From the IMG/VR virus record IMGVR_UViG_3300027734_000045, positions 32,001-96,000 of that record: a stretch of 64,000 nucleotides of DNA; one strand, given 5' to 3'. Positions 57,501-64,000 of this stretch are shown here, piece by piece (positions within the stretch are counted from its first letter, which is position 1; each line of letters begins with the position of its first letter). The notes under the pieces were generated by a model that ran no database searches, was not told the origin of the DNA, and saw only the letters and a program-made list of their open reading frames with translations. The DNA comes from a virus. A program made the translations under genes and the position numbers.

Positions 57501-59361
57501 TAGACAGTCTACTAAGAACGCCTTTATAAAGCAAAGTGGAAAGATTACGTTCTACCTAAAGCGAATCGACGACTACGCCAAGGTTTCCGCGGGGCACGTC
57601 GCTCAACTCATAAAGCCATACGCGATTAGGTCCAAGTCATTTGGAGAATTCCCTAACTCAGCGGACATGGGCGGACTAAACTTTTCAATTGAAAAACAGA
57701 TACAGAGCGTCGCGCTATCGAGTGACGGTATCGCTACGATAACGACAGCAACTCCTCATAATTTCAACAGAGCATCAGTAGTCAACAACATTACGGGTAT
57801 AGAGCAGTCTGGCACGACTACAACTATCTACTTTGACAGACGCCACAACATCTCTCCTACCGACACTGTAAAGATTTCTAACCTACAAATTCCTCTAAAC
57901 CCGACTATACAAAATGAATACAACGCAACGTACATAGTCACCGAGGTAAATGGAACTGCAAACTACGACGCCGGTCCATGGTTTGTAAAGTTTATACATG
58001 GAACAAGCAGAACTCTTTCACAGAGAACCGCGAGTGGTATCTTGTATAGCGGAAGCTCGCAGATAATTGTACGAATAATCTCTAGTGATAAGACTTTGTC
58101 TATTTTTAATGGAGACTACATAATCTATAGCGAGCCGACCTCGACAAGTTTCACCTACCAACTTTCTAGAAGATGCGCGGTGCTACAGAATACTGAGATT
58201 ATTAGCGTTGCTGGAAACGTGTCCAGGTTGAGATTTACTACTGACGCGACATATAACTACGCAGTCGGGCAAAACGTCAAATTGACTGGTGCGTCTGGAA
58301 GTCCATACAATGCGATAAATGGAGTCTCTCTTGAGGTGAAGGCTGTTGATACCTCTAGAAACACCTTTGACGTAGACTTTAATAACGCGACTATCGCGGC
58401 CTTCGGCGAAAGCTCGGTACTTGACTTTGGCAGCAACGTTTTTGTGAGCTACCCGCAAATGACTACTACAAACATTAGTGCTGTCACGACTACGCTTGCG
58501 ACTGCCACTCTAGATGGAGGAATAGTTTCTGGCACGGACTTTATCAAAGGCTCAGACTATCAAAACGTGGCTAAGCACCTTGACACATACTCAAATTCAA
58601 TAAATGGATTTGAATACCGAATAGACGCGAACTACAACGCGACTACTAATAAGTTTGAAAAAACGTTTGTGTTTATTCCAATAAACTTCTACGACCCAAA
58701 GCCGGGCGAGGTCTCTGACCCAAGCAGATTTGGCGCCGACCAGCTGCAGTTTGAGTACCCTGGAAACATAATCAACGTCTCTCTTGCGGAATCTGCTGAG
58801 GAAGGCAACACGAGGTTCTTCGTCGTTGGCGACACGCAGACAGGCGACGCAGAAACAAACCCGTACAGCTCAGCGGCTTCTTCGACTGACCTTCTTGGAG
58901 CCGGGTGGCCGCTGCTAGAGGGAACTGAAAAGGCGGAATGGCCTATCCTTGCCAACGCCTTCACCGGTAAAACTCCAGGCAACGTTGACCGCTGGAGTAA
59001 TAACGATATAGAGGCTGACCTATACAAAACAGCTAGGCGCTATCTAACTCAAAGTAGACCACCAACTGGGCAATTCAGCGTCGTGGTAAACGGAAACTTT
59101 GAGCCGCAGGTTGGTACCTACGCTCCAGGAGACTGGTGCCAGGTTAACATCGACAATCCATTCCTAAAACAAAGACTGCAGAGCGGGCTGGAGCCAAGAA
59201 ACACTACCTTTGTTAGAAAGATAGATGGGTACACGGTAGAGGTGCCAAACTCTCCGGCTGAACCAGAGAGAGTCACTTTAAATCTAAAGACCGAGTGGAT
59301 GGTCGACCGGTTCCCGGCGCAAATTGCAGCTGACGATGAATACATTCAGGGGTCTTACTAA
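54517..59361 (+). CDS. Minor tail/hub protein with large insertion of beta-rich repeats
   Basis: N-terminal LYVLRNNAVVWGG.LW and C-terminal FEYPGNI...GWPLLE...PGDW flanking repeated H.F..G modules. Confidence 0.75.
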   Translation: MSVDTPKYRYLVANFITGEVLLELQLTNVSFGRNLKSPGPFSGTIPVLPGTNVSELYNATMPGKTALYVLRNNAVVWGGLLWTREYNIFERIISLTGLEFPSYLNRRLIWKTYSFSYNSRVIRDYTDASGKARVVVDKNDSHGFMPGDSINLQYDGAAIYYKYDNFKLKVLADPVPVNDVIYESQVVVPNVTSTKYSYNKGYKKVVAEIVLNDDPTLLANQWFTVSNVSEFYNGSYRCIASPGDGDDVPYSVIYDIGKKDTKIAINKIVTSKTSVAADRTVTFFLDTKHVHFFTTGTAVNITGFAGSCIAGTASELNLYNGVYVVTSVDYVGNKFTAKAPTGAVNNKTYTKYKVVNGKTVTNLAASSSFGEVDIVKPTSKTFTTVVVSQSGGFDNYVLTLNNVTDLYVGQYVQLAGVLNQVPLGGTGTFDLGDLNEQGLIGDADVLPIITNVDSVNSKVTVKNQGLSYSPTLGTYSGANVTGSELTPYILRPTLVDLNVPKNAISSLVTTATTFWVQSRYKITACKIDKTGTVTATLDTANHSLIQGAGFYVYGLTGSTTTQKNYAGYVNNNGWDSTDSVKAVGYTVLDIGKNSQKNVIKFKVAGDQNDKITTAVALPAQTTAYLEVFPNTVQTSKFWGSPDGSLSATVLVGVNSYEYVRELLRNVLEDFQSYRFANNQIEPGVTLTQTGIVGYDTTTASGGRVKVVLTLDAPSKLIVGEKFRVLNVGTAEGNLVSGFYTVSEVSNDLETEVYTVSYYVAASEVSSPDATYELAETRLFPRYKKISWDGKLKKTQCTIRVYNPDAVTDLISDLYTNISLNIGDYITAKSIDLPNSGSLLYDTNAAKITRLVWKNSGAISSKYVEVTYNSPAQSVKGKQPEGVQAETSKSIQFDYLKYAVSGGVATVTLYVPGNYNLTDNTIGLREGDVVNLSVTTEKGKTNSNSAYDTTKKKRAIVISTTDSMRSKSVDNPDKKSTDKKITRTEVVLQYEEVLATRQSTKNAFIKQSGKITFYLKRIDDYAKVSAGHVAQLIKPYAIRSKSFGEFPNSADMGGLNFSIEKQIQSVALSSDGIATITTATPHNFNRASVVNNITGIEQSGTTTTIYFDRRHNISPTDTVKISNLQIPLNPTIQNEYNATYIVTEVNGTANYDAGPWFVKFIHGTSRTLSQRTASGILYSGSSQIIVRIISSDKTLSIFNGDYIIYSEPTSTSFTYQLSRRCAVLQNTEIISVAGNVSRLRFTTDATYNYAVGQNVKLTGASGSPYNAINGVSLEVKAVDTSRNTFDVDFNNATIAAFGESSVLDFGSNVFVSYPQMTTTNISAVTTTLATATLDGGIVSGTDFIKGSDYQNVAKHLDTYSNSINGFEYRIDANYNATTNKFEKTFVFIPINFYDPKPGEVSDPSRFGADQLQFEYPGNIINVSLAESAEEGNTRFFVVGDTQTGDAETNPYSSAASSTDLLGAGWPLLEGTEKAEWPILANAFTGKTPGNVDRWSNNDIEADLYKTARRYLTQSRPPTGQFSVVVNGNFEPQVGTYAPGDWCQVNIDNPFLKQRLQSGLEPRNTTFVRKIDGYTVEVPNSPAEPERVTLNLKTEWMVDRFPAQIAADDEYIQGSY

Positions 59362-62300
59362 TGGGTAGTTATAACGAAGATAGAAAAAGAAACGTAGCTG
59401 CGTACATTCTTGACATGCAGAACAGGCTTTCACAGGTTGAAAGAAACAGGACCAGGACGACTGGACTTGCCGCCAACGCGGTGTCGGCGACAAACCTAAC
59501 GGGAGAAGTTGTTTTATCTGACAACACCATAAGAAGCGCTAACTACGTCGAGGGATACTCCGGCTGGAGTATCGACGGAGATGGAAACTCTGAGTTTGCA
59601 AACGTGTTTGTTCGTGGAAACATCAACGCAAACTCTGGAACAATTGGAAACTGGACCATCAGCAATGAGATAGTCACGCGTAGATTTAATAAAAAGGTAG
59701 CCACTATAACCGCGGTCACCTGGAGCGATGGAGTTATCAAGTTCACCGCTGCCAATACATTCAACGCCGGCGAGTACGTCACGATAAGCGGTATAGACCC
59801 AGATGACTATAACTTTTACGACATCGAAATCGATTCAGCTACGTCGACCTACTTTACTGTGCTTAGTGACGCCGCAGCAGACTACGTTAGTGGCGGAACT
59901 GCTGAGTTGGTATACGCTGGAACATACGTAGAAAACCTAGACATTGGACTTGATGACGAGACTACGTCGAGTGGAAGCTACGTTGGGCTCTACACGTCGC
60001 CAAATCTAAGAACCGCTGGTCTCTATTTGCGAGACTACTCAAAGAGAGAATTTGACTACGGCTACTTCTCAAACGCGGGTGTCTCCTATGTCTCAGCTGA
60101 GGACATTAACTTATTAGAAAATCCGACCTTTGAATACAAGGATTCTCTAAACGCGATAAACTACAGCGCGGCCTCCTGGACCGCTGGAACCGGACTAACT
60201 CTTTTGGCAGGTGGAAAGGACTTTACCGCTGGAACTCCGCTGTATGCAGCCTCGCCAAAATACGGAGCACAGGTCACGTGGACGACTGCAGTTTCAACGT
60301 ACTTTACTGGAAAACTTCACTACACGGCTGGCAAGTCCTATGCCGTGTTTAAGAATAGAAGAAACCTGTACCTCGGACTAAAAGTCTTCCCGCTATACAC
60401 TCCGGTCGAAAAAACCGTCACCGCGGTTGAAGGAGTACGAGTAAGTGGAACTGTCACCGGCGCAACTTCAACAGCGACAACGGTGACCTATACTGGAACA
60501 AGCCTACAGTTCGAGCTTGGCCAAAGGTTGACCGTCACAGGTTTTGGAAACGCAAGATGCAACGTCTCTAATGCAATAGTCTCGGCAAAGAGTGGAACTA
60601 CCTCGGTGACGGTGCTATCAAATGGCGATAGCGGCATTACTTCTACCGCGTCTACCGCGGACAACGCAGTCACTGGACTTCTTAAGATTACCGCTGCCTC
60701 GCATGGATTTACTGCGGGGCAGGTAGTGTTCCTTGACTTTGATGCTGGGTACCTTGAGCCAGAGTTCGGTGAAGTAGTCAATATGTATTCCCCGCACACC
60801 ATAGCCAATGGAACGAGTGGCTACACCTTCGTGGTAAGCACCTTTGGATTAGCCGCTGGGTCTTTCCACGTACCTGCTGATTTTTCTGACATAGAGGTCT
60901 CGGCCATGAGCGTAATTCCACATGGCTCTAGAGCGACTAAGGCGTTTAGCGTTTACGAGGCAGCCTTTGACCTATCTAGCATTCGTCTAAGGTACGACAA
61001 TGGCAGCACTACGAATCTTTCTAGCGTACTTGCAGCCACGACGGCGGCCGAGTGGAGCGCCGGGACAAACAAGTATCTAATCAGCAACGCCAATTCATAC
61101 ATGCTCGGTAGACTTGACACCGCGGTAAAGATTCCGCCGATGACGCAAGCCAACGAGATAGTTATAAGTGGAGAGAAAGTCGAGGCAGCTTACCTGGCTG
61201 CCGACCCTACTGCCTATGGCTTAGACAAGGATATATTTATAGACCTTCCTGGCTGGCTCTATCCGCACGATGGAAACGGCGTTGTGTCGAATACGCCTAC
61301 TAAGATTGCAAGCATTGGATACATACTTGACGAAGTCTATTTCTCTTCATCTAACTCGTTCTTCTACGGAAGCGGCGGAGGCTCGTACCGCTGGTACGCG
61401 ACTACTGACACGACTCCCAGCTACGACCCGGCACAGGCCTCGGTTGAGGGAACGAAGACCTGGCTAAACATCGACCTAGGCAACCAGTCAGCGTCGCTCG
61501 ACTACTTTGACTACATCAAGTTTAAGCCACAGGTGTTCACCAAGGCTCTCAAGGAAAGACCTTCGATTGGCGTCTTTGACGCAGTCGTTCCATACATTAA
61601 AACAAACGACCCGGCTCCAGAGATTACCACTGTTAGCTCTGGACAGTACGAGTACATTATTGCAAGTGATTACAGAAACGTAAGCTCTCATCTAAAAACG
61701 ACTACCGGAGAGCGGTCTTCTGCGTTTGAGATTTCTGCACTGTATCGGGACATCTCGGCGAGCTCTGGAAGTGAGACTGGTCGCAAGGGAGCGCTTGTCG
61801 GCGGAGTCTACGACGGCCTATCTAACTCGACAACCTTGTACCTATCTAGCGACTCTCTGCAGTGGAGTTCTAACTACATAAGTCCAACTAATCCAAACTA
61901 CGCGCAAGTGAGATTTGCTGACAAGGCGTACTTTAACATTCCGGTGCGAATAGCAAGCAACATGTCTCTCAGTGGAACCTTCTATGGTGCTGGAAGCATC
62001 GTCACCTCAAGTGGAAACATTAGAACCACCTCTGGCAACGTCTACACTACAAGCGGAAACATCTACACCACAAGCGGCAACATTTACTCTACGTCTGGAA
62101 ACATCTACACCACGAGCGGCAGCATCACCGCAAGCACGTCACTGAACGGACAAACTCTAAGACTTAGCTCGACTGACAACATCTCGCTAGGAAGCAACAC
62201 TCACGCATTCCAAATCGGCGATAGCACTTCAACTAACCTTCGTTTAGACACCAACGAGGTGCAGGCGCAGGGATACACGTCTCCTAACCGGACTACAGCT

Positions 62301-62936
62301 GACCTATACTTAAATAAGCTTGGTGGAGACGTTTTCATTGGAAACACTGGAACAAGCAACCTAACCGCAAATGGAACTATCACTAGCGGTGGAATAGTCT
62401 ACAGCGGTTCTAACTTATACACCAACGGCATAACTACAACCACGTCGTGGTTCTCAAACGCCACAGACTTTACGGCTTTGGTTAACGGCGTAATTCACTC
62501 AAGTAACACTGGTGGAGAAGCTCTGCGTCTGTCTAGAAAGAGCAGCACCGGCGCTGTAGTTAACTTCTACTACGGTAGCGCGACCGTAGCGGGTCACATC
62601 GACGTTACCGGCACGTCGTCGGTTAGCTACATCACTAGCTCTGACTATCGACTAAAAGAAAATGTAGTCGCAATCAGAGACGCGGCGTCTAGACTTAAGA
62701 ATCTAAATCCTGTGCGCTTTAACTTCAAGGATGAACCTGGACGAACCGTTGACGGTTTTCTTGCACATGAAGTTGCTGCGTACGTTCCGGAGGCGATTAG
62801 CGGTGAAAAGGACGCTGTAGACGAAGATGGAAACCCTATTTACCAAGGTATCGATCAATCTAAGATGGTTCCACTACTAACCGCGGCTTTGCAGGAGGCT
62901 ATCGCAAGAATCGAAGTTTTGGAAGGAAGAGCATAA
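59361..62936 (+). CDS. Tail fiber/spike with C-terminal intramolecular chaperone (peptidase S74-like)
   Basis: IRSANYVEG.SGWSIDGDG.SEF N-terminus; SSDYRLKENV...LNPVRF...GFLAHEV...PLLTAALQE. Confidence 0.85.
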   Translation: MGSYNEDRKRNVAAYILDMQNRLSQVERNRTRTTGLAANAVSATNLTGEVVLSDNTIRSANYVEGYSGWSIDGDGNSEFANVFVRGNINANSGTIGNWTISNEIVTRRFNKKVATITAVTWSDGVIKFTAANTFNAGEYVTISGIDPDDYNFYDIEIDSATSTYFTVLSDAAADYVSGGTAELVYAGTYVENLDIGLDDETTSSGSYVGLYTSPNLRTAGLYLRDYSKREFDYGYFSNAGVSYVSAEDINLLENPTFEYKDSLNAINYSAASWTAGTGLTLLAGGKDFTAGTPLYAASPKYGAQVTWTTAVSTYFTGKLHYTAGKSYAVFKNRRNLYLGLKVFPLYTPVEKTVTAVEGVRVSGTVTGATSTATTVTYTGTSLQFELGQRLTVTGFGNARCNVSNAIVSAKSGTTSVTVLSNGDSGITSTASTADNAVTGLLKITAASHGFTAGQVVFLDFDAGYLEPEFGEVVNMYSPHTIANGTSGYTFVVSTFGLAAGSFHVPADFSDIEVSAMSVIPHGSRATKAFSVYEAAFDLSSIRLRYDNGSTTNLSSVLAATTAAEWSAGTNKYLISNANSYMLGRLDTAVKIPPMTQANEIVISGEKVEAAYLAADPTAYGLDKDIFIDLPGWLYPHDGNGVVSNTPTKIASIGYILDEVYFSSSNSFFYGSGGGSYRWYATTDTTPSYDPAQASVEGTKTWLNIDLGNQSASLDYFDYIKFKPQVFTKALKERPSIGVFDAVVPYIKTNDPAPEITTVSSGQYEYIIASDYRNVSSHLKTTTGERSSAFEISALYRDISASSGSETGRKGALVGGVYDGLSNSTTLYLSSDSLQWSSNYISPTNPNYAQVRFADKAYFNIPVRIASNMSLSGTFYGAGSIVTSSGNIRTTSGNVYTTSGNIYTTSGNIYSTSGNIYTTSGSITASTSLNGQTLRLSSTDNISLGSNTHAFQIGDSTSTNLRLDTNEVQAQGYTSPNRTTADLYLNKLGGDVFIGNTGTSNLTANGTITSGGIVYSGSNLYTNGITTTTSWFSNATDFTALVNGVIHSSNTGGEALRLSRKSSTGAVVNFYYGSATVAGHIDVTGTSSVSYITSSDYRLKENVVAIRDAASRLKNLNPVRFNFKDEPGRTVDGFLAHEVAAYVPEAISGEKDAVDEDGNPIYQGIDQSKMVPLLTAALQEAIARIEVLEGRA

Positions 62937-63064
62937 TGTACATGATTCTAAAGGTGTTGAACGATGAAGTTGAGGAATTTGCGGTGTATGACCGAATCTC
63001 AAGAACCGAGGTGGCTAGGTACGCGACTTATGGCGAGGCACTAGAAGACCTCTTATCAAGATAA
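62936..63064 (+). CDS. Small hypothetical protein (42 aa), not in ORF track
   Basis: TAATG coupling, GGAAGG upstream, open to TAA at 63062-63064. Confidence 0.5.
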   Translation: MYMILKVLNDEVEEFAVYDRISRTEVARYATYGEALEDLLSR

Positions 63065-63129
63065 CTAAGACTAAACCATATAGGATAGATAGGTAATACC
63101 CCACAGGACAAGGATAAGGAAAAGACAAG

Positions 63130-63327
63130 ATGGCTCAAGACAACCAAGCCGACCAAGGCGAATTTTTAGGTAACGTTCTAGTGCTAACTAGAAATCAACT
63201 AGCGTCTGCTATGAACGCATGCACTGAACTAGAGGCTGCATTGACTATAGAAAGAAAGCGCAATGAAGAGCTAGCTGCTCGAGTCGCTGAACTAGAGTCT
63301 CAGACTAAGGCAGCTACGGATAAATAA
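63130..63327 (+). CDS. Small coiled-coil protein
   Basis: Heptad-like LEAAL...LAARVAELE; SD AAGGA. Confidence 0.65.
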   Translation: MAQDNQADQGEFLGNVLVLTRNQLASAMNACTELEAALTIERKRNEELAARVAELESQTKAATDK

Positions 63328-63797
63328 TGATTAACGTAAAAGATGGCGCCAGAACTCTTCAATTTGATGGAGAGCTTTTAGGTACGTCTTCTTCATACAG
63401 GAGAGGCTCTGTCCGCTGGATTGAGTTTGAGCTGTATAGAACCAAGAGCGGTTCGTATGTTTTGTCTCGTGTTGGAGTTTCACTGGTCTTCCATGGAGCG
63501 GCGTGTCCTCTAGTAAAGAGATACAGTCTTACTGAGGCGCCGGTTGAAGACCTAACTGAACGCTCTCTTCCTTGCGAGCAGTGCAACCCTACTGATGACG
63601 TAGATTTAGTGTTCCCCGAAAAGAGTAGAAGCTGGGCGCAGGTTAGCGAAGAGCCGCAGGCTGTTCTAGACGCGCTTTACAAGTACGATGACGGTGGAGC
63701 AAGGTACCTAACAAACGTGGCGCAAAGGCTATTAGAAGATTCAGCCGAAAAAGACTCCAAAATAGATGAAGTCTACAGGATAGAACTTATCCCATAG
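63327..63797 (+). CDS. Hypothetical phage protein
   Basis: TAATG coupling; FDGELLG...RWIEFELYRT; H...C...CEQC. Confidence 0.7.
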   Translation: MINVKDGARTLQFDGELLGTSSSYRRGSVRWIEFELYRTKSGSYVLSRVGVSLVFHGAACPLVKRYSLTEAPVEDLTERSLPCEQCNPTDDVDLVFPEKSRSWAQVSEEPQAVLDALYKYDDGGARYLTNVAQRLLEDSAEKDSKIDEVYRIELIP

Positions 63798-63808
63798 CCT
63801 GTTATAAT
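63798..63808 (+). promoter_or_regulatory. Promoter core CCTGTTATAAT
   Basis: Exact match to the early promoter core, before kinase gene. Confidence 0.65.
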
Positions 63809-63833
63809 TGAACAAAGACGCAAAGGACAAAAG

Positions 63834-64000
63834 ATGTTTATAGTAATCGAAGGCACAGACGCCTCAGGTAAGAGTTCACTTACTCAGGCTGTCGAAGAAG
63901 AAATCGCAAGCAGGCTCCAATCAAGGCTGCCTATCAACTCATTCCATAAGGGTAAACCTGAGGAAGAGACTCGTCGTTGGGTTTTGCGTGATTACGTTCT
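63834..64000 (+). CDS. Thymidylate-kinase-like P-loop nucleotide kinase (truncated by window end)
   Basis: MFIVIEGTDASGKSSL; SD AAGGA. Confidence 0.75.
   Translation, partial: MFIVIEGTDASGKSSLTQAVEEEIASRLQSRLPINSFHKGKPEEETRRWVLRDYV

Noticed and set aside
54517-62936. Diversity-generating retroelement target in tail genes
   Set aside because: No reverse transcriptase and no template/variable repeat pair seen in the window

Overview
The window is part of a tailed dsDNA phage genome (long-tailed, siphovirus-type). The gene families and two-capsid-protein layout point to an actinobacterial host; this is inference. Layout: (1) 1-11.5 kb, early/accessory region of short genes driven by many copies of one promoter (CCTGTTATAAT extended -10 with an A-rich upstream block), including a vWA/HExxH protein, NlpC/P60, SLT-like and peptidoglycan-binding proteins; (2) a double-HTH protein and terminase large subunit; (3) 13.6-17.3 kb, an AT-rich, strand-skewed block holding four minus-strand promoter-ORF-terminator cassettes separated by low-complexity repeats, possibly the genome terminus; (4) an enlarged head module: portal, a Dps/HiPIP-like/ParB-like multidomain protein, a 4391-aa protein with a kinase-like domain and a C-terminal ADP-ribosyltransferase-like domain, a 1342-aa maturation protease with a probable -1 frameshift extension, and two capsid proteins; (5) tail genes through the tail fiber; (6) the start of a nucleotide kinase gene. 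Most notable: the G GGA AAA frameshift at the protease stop codon, a recurrent hydrophobic-[T/V]-A-[A/S] motif at domain boundaries of head proteins suggesting protease-processed capsid cargo, and the cassette array. All family assignments come from motifs recognised by eye; no database search was run.
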